64,000 nt of DNA, from positions 8,490,587 through 8,554,586 of the forward strand of contig CM120648.1 in assembly GCA_051362555.1 (NCBI GenBank), in the 5' to 3' direction. The stretch comes from Lingula anatina (Eukaryota > Animalia > Brachiopoda). The notes under the pieces are model-generated. The model did no database searches, was not told the origin of the DNA, and saw nothing but the letters and a program-made list of their open reading frames with translations. Made by a program: the position numbers and the translations under genes. This document shows, one piece after another, positions 1-12,081 of this stretch (position 1 is its first letter; the number at the start of each line of letters is the position of its first letter).

Positions 1-1574
1 CAACTCTTTTAGATTTATACCTAATATATATTTATATGATATTTTTGTGACTTATGTAAATCCTAATCAGACCAAACATTGCATAATACAGCTATTACTA
101 ACGGTGTCTTGATGTAAGTGCAATAAATCAATAATGATACATACTTTTGAAGTGTGTGAATGACTTTATTAAAAAAAAACAGATGAAGAATTATTTATTG
201 TCAAGGAACAATTTCATGCTTGGCTGTAACATTGATTGCGTAATGAACATAAAAACCGAATTGACCTCGACATCTATAATAAGACACGAATGTTCCTTGG
301 TGCAAAAAATCTTGATCAAAACCAATTAAGTAATTTAAACAAATTAAATGAAATCGCTATATAAAACCCATAATCTTTTACCTAGGACCCTCGTCCACCC
401 CCATACACTTTGTGTCATTTATGAGCGCAGGGAAGCAGTGGGTAAGGGGGGGGGGGGGGGGGGGGGGAGGCTAAGGGACCCTCTCAAAATGGCGTTACTT
501 TTTTTTATTGTTTTACAATCTGCAAAATTTGATTCCTTTCGTCTGTCTACAAGTAGATCGGTAAGGGGCCGTCCATTTTTATCATCATTTGCCCAGTGTT
601 TCCAGAACCCCCCTCCCCCAGCCCACCCCTTTCAGAGAGAACTAGGCAAAAAGCTTAAAATGATAACCTTTGTGAAATGATGATAAAAATGGATGAGTCC
701 TAAATTATTCAGTTAAATTGTTTTCGCTCCAGTTAATCTTACCAAGAATTGTCTCAGTGTTGGTTTTACATTTTGCGATTGTACTCTTGCAAAAAAAAAA
801 AAAAAAAAAAAAAAAAACAGGAAGTCTTTTCACATTTTTATTAAATATCACTTTGCTACTATTACAAAGAATTCTAATCTGCACGTTTTACAGTATAACA
901 GTTTGGGAAATTTAATAGGACAAACAACTTTAACATTAAACGCAAAAAAAAAAAATCCTCCTTGTGTAAAGAATTTTACAATTGGTTCTTTTCCATTTCT
1001 TTCATTTCTAAAAAATACATGCATAACAAAATTTGGTTTGTATACACGATTTGTTTAAGAGGTACCGAGTGCTAGAATGAAGTCTAATATATAAAAATCC
1101 GTTGTGCGTGTTATTCAGCAATAAAGATATACTATACACATTTAATTGAAAAGACACAAAGGTGATATTTTTAATGTCTTCATGCTCTGCAAAGCTACAG
1201 TGTACGTATATTTCCCAATTCAGACCGTACGAGAAACTTCAAATAAAAATACCTGACGACGACTTTTCCTTCTGAAATACACAGTAAGGCTAGGCAGTCA
1301 AAACGTCAGACATTCATAACTAAACCATACCCAGTAGTTAGATACGGTGTAAAACCTCAAATCCAGGTACTAAGATTCATAAGTAACCAGAAATAGCTTT
1401 TTCTATAGGTAATTTTGATTGTGCCCGAAAATCCAGGATATGTTTCCTTTAATGTAAGTTTGTAAAAACCGCCTAGATACCAGGCAAAAAGTTTACTCAT
1501 TCCCCTCCCTGTCCATTTAAGTAAATCCTGGAATATGATCCGATACTAGAGACATTCGGGGAGGGGGGGGGGGG

Positions 1575-1626
1575 GGTCAGTTTTCAGAAAAAGAACCCCC
1601 CTTTGAAATTGCTGGCTATGGGCCTG
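1575..1626 (-). mobile_element. Partial copy (one end) of the MITE at 8290-8455
   Basis: Reverse complement CAGGCCCATAGCCAGCAATTTCAAAGGGGGGTTCTTTTTCTGAAAACTG matches the start of the 8290 element. Confidence 0.75.
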
Positions 1627-2509
1627 GTCTCTACAGCTTCTTACATATTCTAAGTACAAATGCCGTAATCCATACACTCCTGTCTTTTCCCCAGCTTATA
1701 TCAAATCATAAACACAATACATGTATTACTGAATGAATATGCACTGGTACTCGAGTCAGTGCTATACTTATAGACACATAGTCTGTAAAATAATTGACAG
1801 CTGAAATATCTGTCAAAACATCAGTGTCCCATTCTCAAAGAATTAGTCCATAAAATCTTATTCGCCATAGTAGTTAGTGCTGGAGTAGTTAGTACTGACT
1901 GTTTGTAGAAACTATCCCAAATGTATAACCACAGCCCAGCGTAAATTTAACCCGACTTCGTTACGTTTCGGGGCGAGAACGTGTGCACTGAAGCACGTCC
2001 ATGTCAACGTAATTTTGCAAGATATGTATTTCTGGAATACATTAACTTACATGTATATTTCAATATTTGGCTAGTACTATTAGATATAAGTAGAGTTCGC
2101 TTTCAGAATGCGACCATTCTAGTACAATGTATAGCTGAAAATTTTGTTGACAGTCACGCCTTTGATTTTTTTGTCACAGATAGGCCACGTCCGATACGTC
2201 CTTCTTAAGTTCACAATTCTAGGACTCCCTATCCGAGCAAATGTCAAGCAAAAACAATGTCAAATAGGGGCAGACATCGCCAAGTTCACTGCAAAATGTT
2301 GTCATTTAATTGGGAGAGCACAAGGTGACAGGAAAAAACCATACGTCAATATATGTTAAACATTAATTCCTACATTATATGTATTTTAGAAAATTTACAT
2401 ATAGTTAAATGACTTGCAATATCTCTCAATATGCGTTGAGCTTGTGGAAGTAATCCGGTACTGACAAGTTAAAGGATGCGTAGAGATGGCGTCCTGTCCC
2501 CTACTCCCT

Positions 2510-5500
2510 TCACATGTGATCAATAATTTTTGCCTTAGAACCCATGGAATCAACAGACGCGTTGGAAATGGTCCTTGGCATAATACAATTGACGCCATAT
2601 GCTTCCTGTTTCCAAGGTGACAACGACGTCTGGCAGCGGCACGCGGACTTATACAAATCGTACACGCGGCGATTACAGATGAAGGCAAAGAAGATGAACA
2701 TGCCTTGAGAGCAGTTGAATACTATGAACAAAATGTTCATGGTGTATAAAACGTAACACACGGTTGCCGTATGAGTCGGAACAATTCCGCTGATGACGGA
2801 GGAGGCCAGGCCAAACACCCAGGTGAATCCCATAAACGTGGACATGCGCACATACAGCATGACGTCAGCGTGACCGGTGAGGCGACTCACGGACGCTCGC
2901 CGTCGGCTTAGTTTTGTCACTTTCATAGTGGCGCGGATGCTTAAAATTGTGCGCCCGAAGAAAAAGGCGTTGACGAAGCAAATGAAAAAGAGCGGCCCAC
3001 CGAAGACAGTTAGTGTTGCTGTAGGAACACTAATCCAGCACCCAGACGCTTGGATATCAACAGCGGTGTTCATGGCAGCGGAACCGTTTGACGTGAAACT
3101 GGTCTCCATGTTGACTCGGCCATACCCGATATTGAAGTCCAACTCCTCGAAGAAGGGTATCTTGTCCACCAAGACACACGCCATGACAATGAGTGCCGGA
3201 CATCCCCAAGCGTACAACATGTACCGCGGAAAGAATTTCCCCTTTTCGCGCACTCTTGGAAGGATGCATTTTGTGGTGAAAGTCTTGTACAAATCAAACG
3301 CCATCACGTTCATCCAGAAAAACGCGGCAAGAAAAAGGTAGTGGGTGCCTACAGCGACAGCAACGCAAAGCTCTTCGTGTTTTATCAGTGATCCAGAGAA
3401 AAACGCGGCCTGTCCAAGTAGAAGCGCTGCTGTTAGGTTCATGACGTTAGTCCCTGGGAGGTTGCGCAGTTGACGAAACAGCAGAAACGTAAATAATGTT
3501 ATTGCCATGGCAACCACAGACGTGACTCCCAATATGACAGTGAGATACGACTCTGCGGATTCAAAGGCACCGAAGATTTCCGAAGCACAGGCTAATTTGT
3601 AGTGAGTCTCATACTGAGTGAGCGAAGTGACATTGGCTTCACTACCATTTCTCCAGACTTCCGGTACGCATATCAATAGCTTTCCGGCATCTCTGGTGTA
3701 CTGATATTCATTAAGCGAATAATTTTTGCCATGGAACTTAAAATGTCTATTTGGGTAAAATTTGGCGTCCGTGACGTTGATCGGCATCTTAGGGCAGGAA
3801 GTGTCTCTAAGACGCGGGTGCTTTTCACATACAGTGGCATAACCGTCAAAGTTGTGATGCACGGGACCAAGAAAGTCCCATTCACCTTGTAGGAGCACAG
3901 TCAAGTCGAATTCCCCAACTTTGTAAATAGTTTCAGTAACGTTGATGTAGACCCCAGAGCGCGTTAAGTTCAAATTTTCGTCAAAGTACTGGATGAGGGT
4001 AAAATTCGACGCGAGGTAGACTCGCGCTCTTCCATCCTTACACCAGTCGATGAGACCGACGTTGTTGTGGCCCCCAGAAATGTTAAATTTAAGCTGATGA
4101 AACTCCAGCATAATCGGACGTCTCTTGAAAGCTGCCGTAATGCGATCGATGTAAGCATCCATGTCGTCATAGGTATCTTTTTCCTCTGCCTCGTCCGGCT
4201 TTACCAGAAAAATCATCTGTTTGTGGACAAGGTCGCTTAGCTCATCTGGCTCTCCCGAACCTTCGAAGGAGTAATCGTGGTCAAACTGATCAAGTGTCAT
4301 TGCCTGCTCACGAGAAGCGGAATAATCGATCTTTGTCAGGTTATCTGTAGCGTTGACGTAGTCTCCAAATGTCACATCAATAATTTGATCCGGTCTTATA
4401 CCCGCAGCGTCACTGACGGCCCGTACGGATTCATTAATAAAGCGATCAAAGCCGGTCTCTATTTTCTTAATCAGACCTCGGCTCATGTAAAAACTCAGCT
4501 TGATTTTAAACGGGGAAACAGCCGACGCGGCGTCAACCGGGGCAGCGTCAATTGGTTCGCAGACCTGCTTCTCGGCGTTGATGACGTACCCCTCTTGGCA
4601 GAGAATTAGGAAGCACGCTTTCTTTACTGGGTCGAAGATCTGTTCGTCTGTGCAAGAAGGCAGCTCATTGACGGTGTTCGTGTTTTTGGTCAGTTGTTGT
4701 GTACTGGTCAGTAGAATGTGGGCTTGACCATTGATGCCAAAATTCATAAGAATAGAGAAAGAGGTTGTGAATCGGTTTGACGCCATCCCGAGTACGTTGC
4801 TCGCATCCCTGCGGACGAGGCGTTGCGCATTTGGGGGTGCGGGGTGGTCGCAGTGTTTTATCAACTCCTGAATTTGAATCGGAGGCTGGATCGCTTCAAC
4901 TCGGCAATCTTCGTCAACGTACCGACTGATGTCCTGCAAGTTCATCGCATGCACTTTGGGTTCCTTCTCAAGAGGGTTGTGGTTACAAGTCACAGATTTA
5001 GTCCATATTTCCATATCTGTCACCATATTACACTGAGCACAGAACACGTCGCGATACGTGTTGCCATAAAAATCGGACACGGGCACGTCAGAAAATATGG
5101 CGTCGTGTTGGACATGTTCACAGAAGTCTCGGACATCATTGTCCAGCCAGTGGGCCGGACATCGGGACACTACTGCAATACCTGTGGCGTTGTACCCTGG
5201 AAGGTGAATACACTGGGGCATTACCGGCCTCGGCACGTACTTGGCATAATCGCTTAAATCAATGGGAGTTTGGGGGACGGCGGGGTGGGGAATGTCTTGC
5301 GTTGAAGCGCCTCCGCACGCTGGATTGGATGTAGTAACGCCATCTTCGGATTGTTCGCAGTTCTTCTTGTCCGTCATTTCGTGTTGTGTCTCAGTCTGCG
5401 CCTCGTTTGTCAGTCCCTCTTCCTTCCAATCGAGCGTGTCGTCTGTCGATAATCCATTTTCGTCATGGCTTGTGTTTTTGTCCACAGCGTTTCTCTGGTA

Positions 5501-5956
5501 CCGTTTTTTATGTGTTGATATTTCTTTCCAGTCCGCAGTGTTTTCATTTATTTTAATTAACACTTTTCCTTTCATAACCAAGTCGTTTGTATCAAATTTT
5601 TTGCTAAACATCCCTGCTTGAATTCTGTCATCGTCGTTGATGTCGACGTAGCTTTTTCTATGACTTAATGTTTTTGCTGTGTTAGAGAAATGTCCCCATA
5701 CATTGAGTATCTCCGGATGAAATTTGCTTCCTACTTGGCTCCTTTCTTGTCCTGGCGCTTGCTTTTGCGCTTGATATTTTTCTCGCTTGACGCCATCTTT
5801 TGATACAGGTAACGTTGCTGCAACAACCAATAGAAGGCTAAACCAAAACATGGCTGTCAACACTTTTAACGATTTCCTTGTCTCTACTGTCAGGAAATGT
5901 TTTTCTGTTAACCCAGTCAGTCTAACAAATTCACGTGAAGCGTCGGCGAGCGACAT
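2510..5956 (-). CDS. Intronless class B (7tm_2) Methuselah/adhesion-like GPCR with large Cys-rich ectodomain
   Basis: 1148-aa ORF with seven C-terminal hydrophobic segments and class-B motifs (LRNLPG, HYLFLAAFFWMNVMAFD, YAWGCP, GCWI, MGFTWVFG, NCSQGMFIF). A signal-peptide-like MFWFSLLLVVAATLP begins at Met36 (ATG at 5851, context GCCATG), the likely true start. Confidence 0.9.
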   Translation of the reverse strand: MSLADASREFVRLTGLTEKHFLTVETRKSLKVLTAMFWFSLLLVVAATLPVSKDGVKREKYQAQKQAPGQERSQVGSKFHPEILNVWGHFSNTAKTLSHRKSYVDINDDDRIQAGMFSKKFDTNDLVMKGKVLIKINENTADWKEISTHKKRYQRNAVDKNTSHDENGLSTDDTLDWKEEGLTNEAQTETQHEMTDKKNCEQSEDGVTTSNPACGGASTQDIPHPAVPQTPIDLSDYAKYVPRPVMPQCIHLPGYNATGIAVVSRCPAHWLDNDVRDFCEHVQHDAIFSDVPVSDFYGNTYRDVFCAQCNMVTDMEIWTKSVTCNHNPLEKEPKVHAMNLQDISRYVDEDCRVEAIQPPIQIQELIKHCDHPAPPNAQRLVRRDASNVLGMASNRFTTSFSILMNFGINGQAHILLTSTQQLTKNTNTVNELPSCTDEQIFDPVKKACFLILCQEGYVINAEKQVCEPIDAAPVDAASAVSPFKIKLSFYMSRGLIKKIETGFDRFINESVRAVSDAAGIRPDQIIDVTFGDYVNATDNLTKIDYSASREQAMTLDQFDHDYSFEGSGEPDELSDLVHKQMIFLVKPDEAEEKDTYDDMDAYIDRITAAFKRRPIMLEFHQLKFNISGGHNNVGLIDWCKDGRARVYLASNFTLIQYFDENLNLTRSGVYINVTETIYKVGEFDLTVLLQGEWDFLGPVHHNFDGYATVCEKHPRLRDTSCPKMPINVTDAKFYPNRHFKFHGKNYSLNEYQYTRDAGKLLICVPEVWRNGSEANVTSLTQYETHYKLACASEIFGAFESAESYLTVILGVTSVVAMAITLFTFLLFRQLRNLPGTNVMNLTAALLLGQAAFFSGSLIKHEELCVAVAVGTHYLFLAAFFWMNVMAFDLYKTFTTKCILPRVREKGKFFPRYMLYAWGCPALIVMACVLVDKIPFFEELDFNIGYGRVNMETSFTSNGSAAMNTAVDIQASGCWISVPTATLTVFGGPLFFICFVNAFFFGRTILSIRATMKVTKLSRRRASVSRLTGHADVMLYVRMSTFMGFTWVFGLASSVISGIVPTHTATVCYVLYTMNILFIVFNCSQGMFIFFAFICNRRVYDLYKSACRCQTSLSPWKQEAYGVNCIMPRTISNASVDSMGSKAKIIDHM

Positions 5957-7561
5957 TTCGCATAAAACACACAGTAAAACATGGCACTTTCACAAAATGA
6001 CGTCGAAGCACGACAGCGCTGACTGTTAGATCCTTCACTAATGTCATAAAGTCGGGGAAGAGAAACAGCTGTTAAGAACTCCGATAACGCGTGCCTCGGT
6101 GGTAGGGGCCTTCCAGGCGGAACGGTACCTTTAAGCCTCCTTGATCAACAGGTCGCAACAGCTGTTTCAGGTGTATTGATTCCCACTGAGGCCCATTAGA
6201 TAATTCAAACTGCAATTTCCCCGTTATCAACCCTGCACACTAAGTGAAGGGCGAATCTTCATTCATCCCGGGATGGGGATTAGAAAAAGACAACACACGC
6301 GGCCAACTGGATCGTTCAAATGTGCCCATCCTTTTGCGGTGAATCTGACGGATCTCTGTGTACATTTAAAGACGCCGGGGCGTTTTATCGATAACCCTTC
6401 ACAACGCTCTCTGGCGCACTAACTGCGCGTGTGCCTATGTGTACACAGCGAATCTGAACAGATTAGACACTCAACTAATATAAACCGCGTCTTTAAGATG
6501 TTTTCATTCTTCAACTGTTTGTCATTTATAGCAAAATGAACGTGCACAGGCTCAAGCAATGGTTTTATATTAAAAAATCCCTTTTTATACAATAATTAAA
6601 ATTAAACAAATCGAGCACAGTCCCGAGTGCACTACAAAGAATAAGTCTCAGTGAGAGGAGATAGGGAGCTATTAATTGTTATAATAACAACATATACGTG
6701 ATTGTAAATTAGCGTTTACTTTGTAATGGAGACCCGTCACGCACGATCCAAAATTTCAAGTTCACCAAGGCGTTGAAATACAGAATATCTGTTTATACCG
6801 GTTATAAATAAAACACTTTACCATTTTTCTACATTGATAAAGGGGTCACAGAATATAACATATTCTATCGAATAACCTTAACCTCAAAAAGCGGCACTGT
6901 TACAAGTTACAGATGGTTATTGAAATATTAGAACGTTTTTCAAGTCCTGCTTGTTTATTCTTCGCAGCACATCTTCATTTTAGAGGAACATCGTAGTGTA
7001 TAGTAGTTCTTCAAGAGACGATGCACTTAAAACGATTAAAAATAATCATTTATACCTTTTTGTCATCCATGTCGCCGCCCTTCTTCAAATTGTTATTTTT
7101 GATAAACGCGGTATGTGTTCTTAGACAAAGGAAATTGCTTTTCTAAAATTAAATCTGAAGTATTTAAAATGAAACAAAACAACTCATTTTTGCACGAGGT
7201 AACGCAGAATGCCTTTGATATTTAACCTTGTCGCCGTCTCTCATGTAGTAATCCCGGAAAACGCGACATTCGTTCGTGAAGAATTCAATACTTTGTCTAA
7301 AATTAAATTTAAATTATTAATTTAAAGTGTTTTTGTATGTAGTAATACGCCGAACTCGAGCCTCATACGCCGTTCGCATCAAGTATATAGCAAAGCACCA
7401 AAGCACACGTAATAGGAACACAATATCTATGTTCATGCATTGGAGACATGGAAGTGAATACTGGACCAATAGAATTCCTCTCGACTGTCACGTGAGTCAC
7501 GTAATTCACAGCTGTTAAATTACCAAAGCTGCCCTTTCCACTACCCTCTAGCAGGGCCGCA

Positions 7562-7594
<33 letters not shown>

Positions 7595-7605
7595 ATTATT
7601 ATTTA

Positions 7606-7653
<48 letters not shown>
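7562..7653. repeat. (TAT)n microsatellite
   Basis: Direct reading of the sequence. Confidence 0.95.
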
Positions 7654-7654
<1 letters not shown>

Positions 7655-8289
7655 TCGTGGACATTTTTGCTGAGACGGTACAGAGATTAGCCATCAATTA
7701 AACCACGCAGAGGCATATCTGTTAATATCTAGTGAAAAATCAACTTGTGGCCCTGGTAGAGGGTATCTTCCCACTACGTCTAGATACCTAACTCAAATGT
7801 CGTCATGCAGTCGACTGTAACCACGAGTGCTTCAGTTGACAACATAATAATGTCATGTGTGAAACACCTCATACTACGTGTTCTCAACAATGATTTAGAA
7901 AACAGCAATCATGTTTATTGGATTTGCTTGAAAAGCAACAGTTTGAATTGTCATTTGAGATTAATCTTTTTTTCTTCAGTCTAAAGCTCGTCGACAAAAT
8001 AGCACCACAAGCCCTAGCTTTTCCCGGTTTTATCTCTTCTCAATATAGTGACTGTGGCGATAACGGTGTTGACTTGTGTTTGTATTTAACTAGCATGATG
8101 TCGCTTAATGACATTATTTATAAGTGAAACTGTAAACTGTATATGTAATAGAACTAGGTTTCGGATGTCCTAGTTTAGAATTGTGCCAGGCATGATTACA
8201 AACTAGGACATATGATCAAGTTACAATCAAGCGAATATTGATAAGACATCGAAACGGGCTAACTCCAATATTTTTTGAAATTCATAGGT

Positions 8290-8455
8290 CAGGCCTGTAG
8301 CCAGCAATTTCAAAAGGGGGTTCTTTTTCTGAAAAACTGGACCTTTTTCCATAAAAAACTTCATGTACCTAGATCAAATTTTACCCAGAGTGGACCTTTT
8401 CCCAGCAAAAGGAGTGGTTCTTTCGAACCCCCCGAACCCCCCTAGCTACGGCCTG
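8290..8455. mobile_element. MITE with CAGG...CCTG ends and 5-bp TSD
   Basis: Imperfect TIRs CAGGCCTGTAGCCAG / CTAGCTACGGCCTG, flanked by TAGGT at 8285-8289 and 8456-8460. Confidence 0.8.
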
Positions 8456-8714
8456 TAGGTGCAAAAGAAATCGGCCTTTTTCCACATTTTGGCTTGGTAT
8501 TATTGCTCATTGTCATTTATCACTTAAAAAGGCAAATTCATTTCTTTTTATTTTCTCGGAAGCCATACATAATACTCAATATTTGTCCAGAACGCTGTCT
8601 GAAAGATGTAAGAAAATTGGCATTACCGACGAGACATATGTCTACAGGCTACGTTCAAACCAACACTTCTTTAAAACCGACATCGATTCAACTTTCTTTA
8701 TCAGTGGACCAAAC

Positions 8715-8717
<3 letters not shown>

Positions 8718-8769
<52 letters not shown>
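8718..8769. repeat. (AG)n microsatellite
   Basis: Direct reading. Further (CA)n(GA)n at about 9793-9841 and (GA)n at about 10027-10067. Confidence 0.95.
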
Positions 8770-8770
<1 letters not shown>

Positions 8771-9789
8771 CCCAAAAGTGAGCGTCATAGGTCATTGTCT
8801 GTGCACTGTGGATTACTTCATGTAAGCCACGGCCATCTGCAGCTTGCTCCTTGAATGGCGCGAGTCGGGTCGATTTTTCGGTCTGCAGCATTCCTGGCTG
8901 GAACACTCGGTCGTGAACTTGATGGGGATATGAAACCACTCAACTTCGACAAAGCACTCCGCGCTATCACCACTTAATAGAGCTAACACTGTTAATAACC
9001 TCCCTGACGGAACCCTTCAGAGTGCTGTGTCAACACATACGGACGGGCAATTTGTTGCCATTACACGCGCCTGCGTCCTGCTCCCTTCATACGCACAAGT
9101 TACGCTGAGATCTGCGGTTAATTCAGCCAAGGTCTTGGTCTTTTGATTTCAATTTGTGTCATTTAGATAGTAGCCACTACCTGCTCGTAATATTCTATTT
9201 GTAGATATGAGACACAGAAATGGATTCATTCATAAAATTCACAACTCAATAATGATGAGATAAAAAATAATATATAAAGATACAAAGATATTGACACACT
9301 GCACGGCTGACATTGGTTTCGTAGGCCTTGTAATGCTTTAACATGACAACTGGAAGGATCCATTAGTAAGTCAATTAGTTTGTCTAAAATGATCATTGTT
9401 GAAATGAGCAATAGTTAGTCTTTGGGTAGTATTTTGGTTTTATGCTAATTTTCATCGTAAGTGCCTGGGTAATTTTGGTCACCATGGGGCATCTATGAGT
9501 GCTTGATTTCTGCAGTTCCTCCCTCTCCCTCAGTACTTTATTTCATTCTCTTTATTTATTTATTTATTTATTTTGGAAGATCACTTTTTTCATATGTAAA
9601 GACAAATAGTATACTTTTAATAACCTGTACGTAGGAAGGCTCACCAAATGCACACAAAATTCGAGGCACTCAATAGCTAAGCACCTGAGCAGTATAGTAT
9701 TTTATGGGCACATTTTGGACGAAGAAAGTCAAGATATGTAGTTAGTCTGTGCACATATTAGTTTTTTGTGTACTCTTAGTGATCACAAA

Positions 9790-9841
<52 letters not shown>

Positions 9842-10023
9842 AAATGTCACCTCCCACCCATCACTCAGGGAACTTCCGTTCAGCCCCCTTGAACCACTCC
9901 ATGTTATCTTGAAGGTTAGGGCAGATGTCCCGTGAATTACACTGGATGTGGGACCTATCTCCCGCCCACGTCTCGTTTATTCTGTCTGCTGCACTAGCTT
10001 GTTAACAGACGACAACTATAGAT

Positions 10024-10069
<46 letters not shown>

Positions 10070-12081
10070 GCGAAAAAGGAGCAATTTATATAAATGCCTT
10101 TGAATTGATTTTTAAAATAAAATAAGTTAGTACATATAAGTTGATTACTGCCAAAGATGCGTTTTTAAAAATGATTACTAAGCTTTTGCATGTATTGGTC
10201 CAATGCTGTAAAATTATAAAGCCGTTAAAACCAGATTTTGATATTTAATCTTTTCCATGTATTTGCAGTGACATATTTCACAGATGGATGTTGTTTCTTA
10301 AACATTGTTTTATTCAAGCAATTGCTTTAATCCATTTACAGCAACACGGCATCAATTTAGCGTTGGCAAGACATTAACCACCATCAGTTAACTATTTGTA
10401 ATTATAAATTTCATTTAAGATGATAAGTTTCACAAAATCACAACTGTCTCCAATCAATACGGTCTCTAGCATTCTACAAATTGAACATACCAAACAATTG
10501 TTTTACTACTTTTAAAAAGGAAAAACATATTTGATTCGCTATCCATCTGTATACGTTTCGATTGATAAAAGTCCTCAAAACCAAAGACAAATATTGACTC
10601 GGGAAAAGTGCGTAAATATGATTGTATAACATAGACGAACTTATTAACAACTGAAAATAATAATTAATAGAGTTATATATGTTAATTAAAATTACTTGAC
10701 TATTGAAAATAACAGTTACCATTTCTCAATTACCATGTAAACTCTACCAAATATTCTTAATATAAGGACGACCACAAGTATACGTCTTGGAGACAAAATC
10801 AGAATAAAATTTTCAGTCCTTAAGGGATAAAAACTCTGCCCTACCTGGGCACTGGTAAATGGGCTGCGTTTCATAGCGGACTACCATTCCTGTCACACCG
10901 GTTCAACTTAAGTAGTTTAAATCCCAGCGACTTTGCTCAAAATTATTGTATGGGATAAATCAAAATCTAGATCTGTATAGGCCTTATTGTGCAGAAGCCT
11001 CTGAAATCAGAGGGAACCCCTAGATGACACAAGAATGTGCTTGCTAGACTAAGTGAGCATCTCCACCTCCTCCCAAAGGCTTCACTACCACAATAATCAT
11101 CATATGTTGCAATATTATCAGGATCTTTCATTTTGGTTGAGATTTGCAGGGGTGGGAGGGGCGACAACGGCAGCAGGCACGCGCCCCTTCCTTAGTTTCT
11201 GAGGCACCCCCGGCCTTCTCCCCCCAACCCTCTTAACCTCCCCCCTTCAAAAAAAAAAAAAAAAAAAAATCGGTAAAACTAGCGAAATGAGACAAAATCA
11301 AGCACCACACCCTCTCTGTGCCGTTCGTATAATATTAAGTTTGTCCCCATCTAGTGTTTTACGCTTGCCAAGCGAAGCAAGATTCTAAATAAAAAAATTC
11401 TTGACCCTCCCCTTAATTTTCTAAATCCTGAATAGGACAGTGCCTGCAGAAATGCATCCTGCAGCGCTAATGTGTTGTTGTCCCACAATTATATACCTTT
11501 TGCGTGGAATGATGACTGGAATAAAAAAGAAGATATATCGTTACTAAAGCGTGAAATGCTCATTCGAATACATTGTATAAATAGCTTAAAGCAAACGAAA
11601 AAAATGGTTTGATAACAATTAAGGACTATCACATCATTTTCATTGCAATGAACGTCCTTGTCGTTTATGAACTACGCAGTATAAACAGAGAATTGTTTTG
11701 ATCAGTTAAAACAACAGCTCAGATAGTTTTCCTTATATGCTCCTCCACAAAATACAAAACTTTTATAATACGATATTTTTCAAATAACAATTGAGCCATG
11801 AAGCGGTGAGTCATTGCAATTGTATTTATCTTTCAGTAAATATCCAATTGTTTGTTGCAATATTTTTACTATTTAGAAGTTTGCTATGGGCCTTATGAGA
11901 TTTTACAAATGAAAACCATGCTATTTAAGACTTCGATAGCTACAGCAGTGGCTGTATAATTTGCCATCGCAAAAAGATTGACTCAGTCCCATGTAAACCT
12001 GCACCGACAAACCATCATTTCAAAGATAACGAAACAGCTACTTGTATAAAGGACATACAGCAATATTCATAAATGAATACT

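Noticed and set aside
2877-6029. Several + strand ORFs of 75-154 aa overlapping the GPCR
   Set aside because: They are antisense shadows of a long GC-richer CDS with no recognisable motifs.
8688-8939. ORFs with ERER/SLSL, THTH or poly-N/Y runs (also 23239-23479 and 38104-38353)
   Set aside because: They are products of microsatellites, not genes.
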